A DNA stretch of 63,239 nucleotides, the filler included, from Saprolegnia diclina VS20 (taxonomy: Eukaryota): the NCBI RefSeq assembly GCF_000281045.1. It is 8 parts of 2 records of this genome, joined end to end, with 100 filler letters (N's around TTAATTAATTAA, not from the genome) between each part and the next. Parts side by side here need not be neighbours in the genome. Positions count along the whole stretch, not along the records: positions 1 to 27,061 come from NW_008246086.1; 7 more parts are not named here. One strand, written 5' to 3'. The position numbers were made by a program, and so were the translations under genes. Positions 11,713-22,724 of this stretch are shown here, one piece after another. Below the pieces are notes generated by a model. It saw only the letters and a list, made by a program, of their open reading frames with translations. It was not told the DNA's origin and ran no database searches. Numbering within the stretch: the first letter of the stretch is position 1; each line of letters begins with the position of its first letter.

Positions 11713-12441
11713 ATGCTGCACGCCGACGACCACAACATCATCCAAGTCGCCATCACGAGCGCCAGCGTCTGCGGCTGCTACAACGAATTCACGTTTTCCG
11801 AGCCGTTCACTACTTACTCGGTGCACATAACGTGGGGTAGCACGAAGTGGATGCTCCAGAAACGCTACTCGGAGTTCCTCCGCCTGTACAAGCCGCTGCG
11901 CAAGGCGCTTGCGCCGTCGCTCTGGGCAAAGGCGCCAAAGCTCAAGGCGGCGCCGATCGTGCAAACCTTCTTGGCCACGCCGTTTCCGAAGAAGCACCTG
12001 CGCATGGACACGGACGCCATCCGCGCCGAGCGCCGCGTCGGCCTCGCGCGCTTCACCGAGGTCCTCGTCGCCCTCCGCTGGCACTTGCGCGCGCAAGCCG
12101 CGACAAACGCGATCTTTGAGCTCGTCAATGCGTTCCTTGAAGTGCCCAAGCACCGTCAGACGTACGAAGCCCGTAAGTTGTCGTCGCTGCCCCGTGTGTC
12201 CCGCGCCGGCACCGAGCTCGCGATCGAAGACGACAGCGACGACAGCGACGACGACGAAGGGTGTGCGATCTGCCTCTGCGAATTCGCGTCTACAGAAGCC
12301 AACGACAACAACGAGGCAACGACCAGCGTCACCTTGCCGTGCAAGCACGCGTTCCACGAACACTGCGTCTTTTCGTGGCTGGAGCTGCACCAGTCGTGTC
12401 CGATCTGCCGCCAGCTCGTCGTGTACCAGAGCAGCGCCTAG
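11713..12441 (+). CDS. PX-RING-H2 protein, array copy 7 (opposite orientation)
   Basis: WMLQKRYSEF, FPKKH, AERR; RING CAIC...CKHAFHEHCVFSW...CPIC. First ATG at 11713. Confidence 0.9.
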   Translation: MLHADDHNIIQVAITSASVCGCYNEFTFSEPFTTYSVHITWGSTKWMLQKRYSEFLRLYKPLRKALAPSLWAKAPKLKAAPIVQTFLATPFPKKHLRMDTDAIRAERRVGLARFTEVLVALRWHLRAQAATNAIFELVNAFLEVPKHRQTYEARKLSSLPRVSRAGTELAIEDDSDDSDDDEGCAICLCEFASTEANDNNEATTSVTLPCKHAFHEHCVFSWLELHQSCPICRQLVVYQSSA

Positions 12442-13363
12442 TCGTACTCGCGCTCTTGTCGTTTGTCCTTGTCGCGTTGTCTTCTTGAGTGTAATCATTG
12501 CACTGTACTGTGTCCTTGTAGACCTTGCTCTTGGGCCCATCGCCGACACCAAATCGCGTTGATTGCCTACACCAGCTCGTAATGGACGGGCACTTTGTGA
12601 ATGGCACCGGATATCAACCAAGCATCTATGCATATGTCTCTGAACGACGTAGTTCTACTGCGTAGGCTCGTTCGTTGGCGATGAAAATTGCAAAAATAGA
12701 GCCGCTTAGTCATCAGTCTTTTCATGCAGCCAAGTTCAAACTATGGAAATAGGTTAATTACGAGATAACGCGAACGCTTGCATTCGACTTCCACACAGAC
12801 GAGGAGCTTGTCCATGCAACTAGCGATACCCTCCTACCCCTCGGTACAGCTGTAGCAACAAACTCGCATCGACTTGCTGACATGCCGTCATGAAGCAGCA
12901 ACGCGATTGAGGTGGCGTTATCAATTTGGTGTTTGTCTTGTCGTGGACCGTGAAGAAGCCGCGCCTGCGTCGCCCGAGTGTAGTTGTCACCCCTGGTTGT
13001 CACCGGGTGCAAACACTTTCAGATCTTGGCGTTGAAGCGTCCGCAAAGGTCGGAAACCTTGTCTAGAATATAGGTCACTTTGGCCAGTATTAAAATTTAC
13101 CTCAGAAATGTCCACCACTCGCCCCGTTGAAGCTGGCAAGCGAGCAGCACTGGAAACTCGATACCGGTACGAACTAGAGACCGTTGCCTCGAGAACGCTC
13201 GCATATGATGTGGGCTGACGTCTGGGACACGGCGGTTGCCTATACATAGCCGTGTTGGCAACAATATCGTCGTACGCTGACGTTGGCAGCATGCTTCGCC
13301 TTCGATATCGAAAAAGAGGCCACCCAACTGCACATTTTTGATTTCGCATTTGCTTGTGGGATC

Positions 13364-14065
13364 ATGGCGCTGCACCCGCTCGCGTGGACGTACGGCTGCT
13401 TGGACACGAGCGTCTACGAGCGTCGCGCGCCGCGACCTTTTGTCATGGCCCGCGACTCGTTCTTAGCGCCAACCGCCAGTGTCCGCCGCATCTCGTGTAC
13501 TTTGCAGCCCAATTTTACGCTCTACACGCTGCTCGTTGTCGACATGTCCGAGTTTTTCGTGCTCCGAAAGCGCTACTCGCAGTTCTACGCGCTCCGAAAA
13601 GCTCTGCGTAAGCGCTATACCACGGCGCCACCGGCCATCCGCGCGCTCTTGCAGCCCGTGCTCAACATGCCCTTTCCGCGGCGCTACCTCGGGCCCGACG
13701 ACGCGCTCATTCGCCTTGAGCGGCAGCGCGGGTTCCGTGACCTCATTGGACCCTTGCTGCTGTTGCGCCGAGGTCTTCCCGCCACGGACGGAGTCGCGGC
13801 AGTGATCGAGGCCTTCTTTTGCGAGTCGACCACCAGAGACTACCCATCCTGCGTCTCTGTCGCCAGCTGTATGGACGACTGTGCAATCTGCCTCGACCCA
13901 CTGGACCCGTTCGGGACCGACAACCCGTGGCATGTTCGGGCGAGGCGTCGACTGCAGCTACCGTGCGGCCACGAGCTCCACGAAGATTGCGTGGCGCCCT
14001 GGCTCGAGCGGCGCACAACGTGCCCGCTCTGCCGCGTCCAGGTTACGTCGGGCCGCGTGCGGTGA
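13364..14065 (+). CDS. PX-RING-H2 protein, array copy 8
   Basis: FFVLRKRYSQF, FPRR, LERQR; RING CAIC...CGHELHEDCVAPW...CPLC. INR-like CACATTTTTGATTTCGC upstream. Confidence 0.88.
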   Translation: MALHPLAWTYGCLDTSVYERRAPRPFVMARDSFLAPTASVRRISCTLQPNFTLYTLLVVDMSEFFVLRKRYSQFYALRKALRKRYTTAPPAIRALLQPVLNMPFPRRYLGPDDALIRLERQRGFRDLIGPLLLLRRGLPATDGVAAVIEAFFCESTTRDYPSCVSVASCMDDCAICLDPLDPFGTDNPWHVRARRRLQLPCGHELHEDCVAPWLERRTTCPLCRVQVTSGRVR

Positions 14066-14333
14066 TGTCATTATCGACTGCGACTGCTCTATATTTGTGA
14101 ATACAAGGGATCCTTGTGTGAATATGACGATTGATGGAGCATGAAGCATGCGTGGCATCTCGATGGACCGACTGCAGTAATGCAAAGATGACAACTCGAA
14201 GAGCAGAGCGGGTGGCGACAAGTTACTCGTTCAAGGGACTAGATTGTAGCGTGTGGAGTTTCGTCAAATTCGGTCTCCGAGGCTCACAAACAAGACGGTG
14301 GAGACGACTACAGCAAATGCAGTTGAATTGGCT

Positions 14334-15284
14334 TTAGGTCGGCGACGCATTGACGCGTCGGTACTCGAGCGTAATGGGCCCGTCTTTCTTCCACATGGCC
14401 TTTTGAATAAAGATGAGCGTATGCTCCTTGCCGAGGAGCTGGCCAGCGCAGCGCACTTCTAGATCCTGCGGCTCGACCAGCCGCCCGCGCAGCCGCAGCA
14501 TCTTGCGGAGCAGGATCTTGACGTCGAAAATCTACAGTGGCATGATGCGGTCGTGCATGAATTCCGGTGTGTGTACGCGGTATCGCTCGGTGAGTTGCCA
14601 GAGGTATGTAAAGTGCTTTCGTCGCAACGGCGCCGACTCGTCGCTGCCGTCCGGTGGACCGAGCGACCTAGGACAAGGGCCATCGCACCGCGCATTGTAT
14701 ATGGCCGCAACACGCACTTGAGCTCGGGGCGCAGGACCACGCGGAGCTGCTTGCCCTTGAGTTTCTTGAACTTGACTTCGGCCTGCGACGACCCGGTAGC
14801 CGTGTTTGACTTGTGTGGGATATCGTGCTTGGCGTAGAACGCGACCTCTAGCTTTGCGTAGGACGTTGGATAGAGGCGTATGCGTACCATCCTGCGCGTC
14901 TTGCACGTCGAGCTTGGCGAGGAGCTTCTTGACGAGGCCTTCCATCGCGTGGTCTTGGCTAACAGGGCTTGAGTTGGCCACGTCCAAGCAAGGCGACGCG
15001 ACGTACACAATCTCTGGCGGCTTGCGCTTCGTGCCCGAGAGCGGATACGTGCCAAACGGGCCTTCGCACACGGGGCACGCGCGCTTGTCCTGGGTCACAA
15101 TGTGCTTGAAGATGCAGCTCTTGCAGACTATTCGAGGCCATGAGCTTTGCCAGCGATGGCTTGCGCACGCACACGTATGGATGCATTCGCGCACTGTGTA
15201 GGGCTGGCGGAAGTACCCGTTGCATAGCGTGCATGTGATGTACGGGTTGATCGAGCTGGATGCGACGTGCAGCGTCGACGCCAT
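14334..15284 (-). CDS. PCGF: Polycomb group RING finger (PCGF/BMI1/DRIP-like) protein: N-terminal C3HC4 RING + C-terminal RAWUL; multi-exon
   Basis: INPYITCTLCNGYFRQPYTVRECIHT/CKSCI...CPVC...DHAMEGLVKKL follows the PCGF RING pattern. The last exon (manual translation, 14334-14531), IFDVKILLRKML...LEVRCAGQLLGKEHTLIFIQKAMWKKDGPITLEYR, matches the RAWUL C-terminus. Confidence 0.85.
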
Positions 15285-16414
15285 GCTGCTGCTGCTCCTG
15301 CTGGGTGGCACCGGCGATTTTGAGGTCAGCTACGAAAATGCATGGATTTGACCATACAAAAACCAAGTTGCGGCCTTTCTGAACGACAATACGGGCGGTT
15401 GAGTTTCACGACCACCGCTCTGGCAATCGGTGATCGGTGATCGCGACCGATGCAAGCGCCAAGCACGCGACCGAATGGAAGTCGCTTGCCGCGCGATCTT
15501 GCAGCACATGCAGCCTTGGAATGCACCAATCAGCGCATCCAATCGTGCCCTTTCAAATTATTTTGAACGGTTCCCGCGCAAACGGCGCAGACAGAAACGT
15601 CGTTGGTGCAGGCGGAATGAGAGTCTTTTCGACAAGGGACGCAGATCCATCAGAGACACGAGTTACCAAACCGTAGCAAGGCTCTCGTCTTGCGACCGAC
15701 TGCAACGCTGTTCGATACGTTATGTGTAGCTGGAGAGCAGAAGTCTCGTTGATGTCGCCGCAACTTCTTGGCATTGCGTAGGCGTCAGCTACTGCTGGTA
15801 GGACTGCGTCACGTCAAACAAAATGCCACCGACACGATCCTACGTGGAAATCGCAAAGCAAAAGGGAAGAAAAGGCCGTTGTCGACGGGCTGGAAGCGCG
15901 GACCTGCCGCGTTGTGCCGAGTAGAGCACAAGATGGTCGACGAGGAAGGAAGATCATCGAGCACACAACTAGCGCAATAATCATTTAAATAGGCGGTGGA
16001 CAAGTCGTGCGATTCTGTGCATCACGCCGATCCCATACTTGAGAGCAGGCACGTGATGGCATTCATTTATAGAAGTTTTCAGGGTTCGAAGGATTAGATT
16101 TGACAGGAAACGGGGGAATGTTGGTTGAAGTCGGGACCTTTCGGTGTGTGTTCATTCACTTCACTGGAATGGGGATCGAAGGCTGTTGAGGTTTGCAAGG
16201 GACAGCCGCCGAGTGACGACTGCTGACGGAGCTACTACAATTGTAGTAGATGTGTCGAGGTCCTTCGATCGAACTACGTCGTCTGCAGTAATGTACTCGA
16301 GTCCTCGTTCCAAGACTGACGTTCCATGACCGACTTTGCACTTTGGCAAACTGGTTCGAACCCCAAGATGGGACTTTATACTTATGACTATCGACTACAC
16401 TTCCTTTCGCGCTC

Positions 16415-16690
16415 TTACTCGTCTTCCTCGAGGATGCACGAGAGATCCTTCTCGCGTGCCAGCGTCAGAAGCGGCGTCGGGACGCGAATCGTGAGCGGCT
16501 TCCGGAACATCAACTCCTACCGTGCGACGATGAGGAGACCGTTGCTGCTGTTACCTTCCGGAAGCACGGTACATACCTGCAGGATATCGCGCGTCTCGTC
16601 GTCGTCGCCGAGGGTCACAAAGGAGCTGAGCATCGCATGGGGGCTCTGGCTATAGTAGGGCATCGTCGTCTCGTGCTGGATCGTCTCCAT
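16415..16690 (-). CDS. Small hypothetical protein (71 aa, 2 exons)
   Basis: A GT-AG intron at 16517-16576 (60 nt) joins METIQHE...RDILQ to ELMFRKPL...CILEEDE*. INR/FPR-like GTATTCAGCAATTCG and a CCAAT cluster lie upstream. Confidence 0.6.
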
Positions 16691-16964
16691 TTTCGTGCGG
16701 TCGCGTCCGGGTGCGTCCCTTTTGTCGAATTGCTGAATACGCAAGCACGTCAATCCTGGCAAACCCTCCGTAATCAGTGGCAGGAAGAGTTACATACCGG
16801 CGGCGGTAGCGGTTTAAAATTCGTTTTAAATCAACGCAAATTTCTAGAAGCTTCACTTGGAAAGAGACAATTGTCGCATTAAAAGACTCGGTCAACGCAT
16901 TTTATTTCAGCGTCGTTTTTCACCAAAACGCACCCAAGCCCCGTGTAGAGGTTGGCAGTACTGG

Positions 16965-17136
16965 ATTGGCCAAAATTCAAATTTATAGGATTGGTTGAAA
17001 GTCCAGCAAGCGCGATGAGGATTGGTCGTTCGCAGCTATATTTTCCGTGCATTGGATTGGCCACGTCGCTTGTTTATGTAGCCAATCAGCACCGCGGCCT
17101 TATTAACCAATCCACGCAACGAAACGCGGTGATTGG
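16965..17136. promoter_or_regulatory. Cluster of eight CCAAT/ATTGG boxes
   Basis: ATTGG at 16965, 16990, 17021, 17051, 17056, 17132; CCAAT at 17082, 17107. Confidence 0.6.
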
Positions 17137-17489
17137 CACAAAGTCGAAACAGCTCGCGATTTGAAATCTTGCTGCCGGGACAGGCGACGTCGCGATAACG
17201 CGATGCTACCAACTACGGTGGGCCGCACCTCTCACCGCGCATCGCCGGGCCAATGTGCGTGAATGGCTCCATGGCAAGCAACTTGCTACCCGATAGAACC
17301 AGCATGTCGCCGCATCTATCCAGCGCGCGATCTATCCACTCCCATTCAAGGTTGAACATACGTGTGAAGATCCAAAGTGTGCTTCCTTTAGAGTACAGGT
17401 TATGCATAAATAGTTCGTATCGCGAGAGTGTCAAGGATCGTAGCCATGGATCCGGGATGCGCTCTGGGCGTGAGCGCGGCATGGCTCGT

Positions 17490-17765
17490 CTACCACTGGA
17501 GGCGCTGGCGCTTGAAGAGCATGCCTTCGTTGTCGTCCCCGAGCTTGCGCTTCGTCACGAGCTGCACCATGGGCCCGTTAGCGTCGGCGACAATGACCTC
17601 CATGTCGTACGAGTCGATCGAGGTCGGCGTCATGGCTTGCGGCATGCACTGGATCGGTTGCTGCTGCATCGGCGGGTAGAAGCTTGTGGCAGAGTACCCA
17701 CGGCGGTTGCTCGTCGCCGCAAGGAAGGCTTCCGCCGAGTTGGCCCATTCGTATCCGCTCGACAT
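17490..17765 (-). CDS. Small hypothetical protein (91 aa) with C-terminal bipartite NLS-like motif
   Basis: GC3-rich ORF ending KRKLGDDNEGMLFKRQRLQW; INR+FPR (CATTTTCCGATTTGC) at 17794-17808 just upstream. Confidence 0.65.
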   Translation of the reverse strand: MSSGYEWANSAEAFLAATSNRRGYSATSFYPPMQQQPIQCMPQAMTPTSIDSYDMEVIVADANGPMVQLVTKRKLGDDNEGMLFKRQRLQW

Positions 17766-20205
17766 GCTTTAGAGTCGATGAGCGCAAGAGCGAGCAAATC
17801 GGAAAATGCGAGCTACGAACCGAGTGCCAGGTTCACCCGCCACAATGGATTAAAATCATTTCCTAAAACATATTTAAATACTTAGGGCTGCTGTATTTTA
17901 TTCGAAGACAAGTGAATCACCTACTCTATCTATGGCATTGTTGTTGTTATAAAAAAATACGCCCTGCTAGCATCATTAAATGACACACAATTTAAAACGA
18001 AAACCCTATTTTGTCGAACATCCTCCACTTATTTTGCATCAACACGCACGCACGACCTGGTCATATAAAATATCCCATGCATATTTTTATTCATCAACTC
18101 TTGTATTTTAAATCTGCACCCTGTGTCTTACCATATATTTGTATCCATGAAGCCGAAAGAAAAACAATATGGGAGAGCCTGAATTATATTTGCATTCCAC
18201 AGCGAATTATATTTGGTCTGAAACTGACACCAACTCGGTGGCAACCAACCTCGGCGATGAAAATAAGTAGGTTTATGCAAGGGTATGGCAGGTTAAACTT
18301 GAAGCCATTTATGTCCATACAAAAATAAAGGTATTTCCGATGCGTTTTAGGATCAACGCCGGACATAGATGCAAATTCAACACGGAGCTTAATAAACCGA
18401 CGCGGAGTCTTTGCCGGAGCGGCGCCCGGAGCTAGCTGTCCCACTACACGTCGGCGGTAGTGCGACACGCGAGGACGCTGTGGTTGGTTGCGCCGAGAGC
18501 TTCCGGTGGTCTTGTGGCGTTTGCGGCATCTTGTGCTGGAATTACTGCCCATCGTCGGCGCCGCTGGTTGAAGTTTCGAATGCGTTAAACCAGTTTATAC
18601 ACTTGGCGCCACCGCCACCATTGGCACAAGGTGGTCGCTTTGACACTGCTGAAGTGTACCATGTCACTCGAGTGTGCTGTCATGCTGTCACACGCCTCGC
18701 AAGGTTCGAGCCTGAGACCGAGGCAGGCACTCACTTGCGTGCCGCTGAGCCGGTGCTGCGAAGCTTGCCGGATCTATGAGCAACGCGGCAGGATATTTGC
18801 TTCGATCTTGCCAGCAGGAATTGGCGCTGACTTGCGCGTCGGTCGTTGTCGAGTGGTGAGTGCTCTCGTGGAGCCTCGGCCTCGGGTCGACGTTGCGGAT
18901 GTAATCGCGGTAGTAGTTACCGGTATAACGTTATCGCTACTGCGAGCCCGCATCCTCCTCGATGATCCTTCACAACCCGATGAGGATGGTGGGCAGCTCC
19001 GATTTGCTGCCCAGCACCAATACCGGCACGATCGACAAGGAGACCCGCGCTCCCAAGGCGCTGACTTTTGAAATGACAGCCCCCACTTTTACGAAGACGG
19101 TTCGTAGCGAGTCTATTTGGTGCTTTGCGGCTCCAGCGAGAGCCTTTTGACTCGTTCGCGGGGGTTGCTCTGCAGGAGATGGGCGTGTTGCGGTTGTTGT
19201 CAACGAAACCTCCTCCCTTAAACACTCTCCTCACCGCAATTGGGTGCGAGCTCGTCAAGCGTCGTCCCGAGCGATGAACGCTCTACTTTCGAGAGCAAGG
19301 TGTGCGCTCCGAGGGCGTATTCCTAAAGCAGCGTAAAAAATTTTGCTGGTGGCCTCTCGCCCATCCCGCCTTCTCGGACGCGACTGACACCAACCTCTCC
19401 TCTGCGTGGGTCGACGAGACAGCAGCGACGCACCGTGAGCCACTCTACGTTAGGCTCGCATCGATATCCTTGTCAGCTTTACCGCTGATATGCATTGTAC
19501 AACAACGCGCCGGCCATACAACGCGCATGTGCGCAATGGTGGAGAGCCCCCTTGAAAAGGCCACTTGTTCTACGTGACTCGGACGTGGCGGCGGCCTCTG
19601 CATACCATCTAGTACTAGTACAAAGCATCTCGGCTTTATCGACTATTCACGCACGCATGGCTGAAAGGAAGTTAGACGTTCTAGACGCCAGCGATATCGT
19701 ATCACAAGTGCTGCGTGGACGCATTCATCGCTCACTTTGGTCGGCACCAGACGATCTCACTACGAGTACGCAGAAGACTGCAGCGTCGTTCTCGGGCTCG
19801 TGGAGGCGCGTCAATCGCGTTTGGCTTCTGGACTACCAGCCAAAAGCTAGGTGCATGATGGGAATGCGATGCTTGATTCGCGGCTAGATGCTACATTCCA
19901 AGGCACGAGCACACAGCATGACCACATCTAGGCACATAGGGCACCAGAAGCAAGGCACGTCACCTCCCTTCTGGGCGTCGCCTTCTTGAGGTCTCGATGT
20001 ACGAGTTTGGCACTTGCGTGCGCCTGCCCTCGTCTTTTCGGTGCTGCTGCTCGATGCCACGAAAATGGAAGATCGGATTTTCGATTTTGCTGCCTTTCTT
20101 TTTTTGGCGCCAGCCGATTGGCTGAAGTTGAAATGCTAGCATTTGATTGGGCCAGGTGTTCGCACCAGGCTTCAAATTGCCGTTTGCCACTTTACCTTTG
20201 TCGCG

Positions 20206-20958
20206 ATGAACCTCCGGCTGCTCTCGCTCGTTGTGCTCCTAAGCCTCCTCAGCGTCTTTGCCCGCGCGGACGAAGTCGACGATGCTGCGTTCCACGATGG
20301 CATCGACATTGAGCCCGAGGCCGTGCCCCAGGACGGTCGCCCGCAGATGACGCAAGAGATGTTTGAGCAGATGCTGAGCCAGCTCACGCCCGCCTGCCGC
20401 GAAGCCATCGAGGCCAACCCGAACGACCCGAGCCAGGTCTCGGACGAGTGCAAGGCCGAGATCCAAGGCGCCATGGGCAAGGTCATGGCCGCGGGCAACC
20501 CGAACGACCCGATCACGCCCGAGATTTTTGCCAAGATGATGGAGAAGCTCCCGGCCAACTGCCGCGCCGAGATCGAGGCCAACCCCACGGACGCGTCCAA
20601 GCTCTCGGACGACTGCAAGTTTAAGATCCAGAAGGCGCTCTCGAAGCTCTTGCCCAAGGACGCCAAGCCGTCCAAGGCCAAGGCAGCGTCCAAGGCCGAC
20701 GACGAGGAAGAATCGCCCAAGAAGAAGACCAAGAGCGGCAAGGCGAAGCGCGGCAAGAAGTCCAAGGACAACGCTGACAAGACCCGCCCGATCCTGATCG
20801 TGCTTGCGTTCGTCGTGACGGCCTTTGCGGGTCTCAGCGCGTACGCCTACACGCTGTACCAGAAGCAAGGTCCGGTCGTCAAGGCGACGGCCAAGAAGCT
20901 CAGCAAGAAGAAGCTCGAAAAGACTCTTCGCAAGGAACGCGCGGCCGCTGCCATGTAA
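20206..20958 (+). CDS. Type I membrane protein: signal peptide, two Cys-containing helical repeats, Lys-rich stalk, TM helix, basic tail
   Basis: Signal MNLRLLSLVVLLSLLSVFARA; repeats ...ACREAIEANPNDPSQVSDECK and ...NCRAEIEANPTDASKLSDDCK; TM ILIVLAFVVTAFAGLSAYAYTLY; strong codon bias. Confidence 0.85.
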   Translation: MNLRLLSLVVLLSLLSVFARADEVDDAAFHDGIDIEPEAVPQDGRPQMTQEMFEQMLSQLTPACREAIEANPNDPSQVSDECKAEIQGAMGKVMAAGNPNDPITPEIFAKMMEKLPANCRAEIEANPTDASKLSDDCKFKIQKALSKLLPKDAKPSKAKAASKADDEEESPKKKTKSGKAKRGKKSKDNADKTRPILIVLAFVVTAFAGLSAYAYTLYQKQGPVVKATAKKLSKKKLEKTLRKERAAAAM

Positions 20959-21651
20959 ACCTCGTGCATATACCTACACTGTTTTGGACAGAATACGTTG
21001 TGGCTTGTATCGCTGACCACACAACACCACGCTCGCAACGCATGTGACGCACGCAAAGGGACCTTCCGTGCCTCGCAGCATCTATCCTTTAGCACCTTGG
21101 ATGTCACCGTCCCACCTTGGCAGCCCACATTTCGTAGCAGCCAACCGAGGGTGGAGGAATACCATTGCATTTGATGAAGCTCAACAAAGCGTTTGTGGCG
21201 ATCTCGACCAAGAAACCAAGACTTGAAGCGTCTGTGTACCGCACTGAACGATAGCAGCTACTGTCGCTCCAAATCGACGCTTCGCTTCACGTTGAGCCAG
21301 CTCGTTGAACCAATCTGAGCCAGTTATCTGAGCCCTTGGAATCTCGTCTGAGAACCTGCCACGAGTAGCCGCTCGAAAGCAGACGGCTTCCGTGACGAGT
21401 ATCTATTTGTGTGTCGAGACGAGGCAGCCGTCCTACGTGGCCCGAATCAGGCGCGAGGTCGTGACTCAGACGCATACGCTGGGTGCCCGTCGCAGCTTGC
21501 ACAACCCTGCAAGTGCTGTCAGTCACGCCTCGACGTGGTTCTGAGCCTGGATACCCTTGCGGCCTTGTCGACAGCACTGGGAGGTTTGTGGGAAGGAGTG
21601 GATGGAAATGTGATGGATTCGATCGGCGAGCTTATCTGTACGCTGTACTAT

Positions 21652-22724
21652 CTAGACGGACTGCACGACAAGCTTGACGGGCTTGGCGCTGTGCATGAGC
21701 GGCGCCTTCTCGCCAATCGGGCTGTCCGGGCTCGACTGCTTGGAGAGAACCACAACGCCAGCGATCGTGGTGACGATGCTGATCGGGTACAGCACCTGCT
21801 GCCACCACTCTTGCATGCCCTCGTCTTCGTGGAAGAAGATGACGCCCGAGATCGAACCTACAAGAACACTAAGATCTTGCTTGATAGTAAGCACGCATGT
21901 ACCGCAGAGGATCAGGAACGACTCGTAGATGGCAACAATGTGCAGCGCATCGTACTCTTTCAAGCCCAGGTTCAGAACGTAGATGCCAAGTGCGGGACAG
22001 CCGAGCGCGAACAATACGATGAAGTACGTCTCGGTACACGCCCAGATCTCGCTGCCCTTCCCAATGAGTTCGACTGCCGTCTACACACACAAGGCGTCAA
22101 AATGTCGCCATGTAACTCCATCGGTCTTACCTTGGTGAAGAAGAGGTTGCCGCCAATGAGGCCCGAGAGCGCGCCGAATGCAAAGCGGCGCCACGAGCTG
22201 TGCGTCGGGTACGTTTGGATGACGTAGGCCAGCTATGATACGTATACAAAATGAGATGATTGCCATGCACGAATCGTTGCACGGTGTACCATGATCATGA
22301 GCACGATCGAGATGACGGCGTAGACGATGAATGGCAGCTCGCTAAAGAGCGAGAAGAGTTCTTCCGGCGTGTGCGTCGGCGAAATGTGGCTGCCCGAGAG
22401 GCCGACGATCCCGCACCCGATAATGATGAGGAGCGACCCGTGCAGCACCTGCGGCGACAGCGTTTCCTTGAGGATGTACGGTGCCAAGACAATGTTCCAC
22501 ACGACGCTAAAGCCCGCCATTGGCGCGAGCACCGATTGCGCGGCGAACGCAAAGCTCCACGCATCAAACACCGGGTTGAGGACGAGGACGCAAAACGTCG
22601 CCGAGCCAAGGAGGAGAAAGCTGCCGTCGTGGATGTGCGCGAGCTTCATGAGCACCTTGCCCACGGTGCCAAAGAGACTCGCCGCGAGCGAGAGAGCGAT
22701 GCCAACGACCCAGCTCGCGTACAT
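21652..22724 (-). CDS. NIPA-like (DMT superfamily) probable Mg2+ transporter, multi-exon
   Basis: Multiple TM helices; FAFAAQSVLAPMAGFSVVWNIVLAPYILKE and LNLGLKEYDALHIVAIY...ISGVIFFHE are typical of the NIPA family. Confidence 0.8.
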
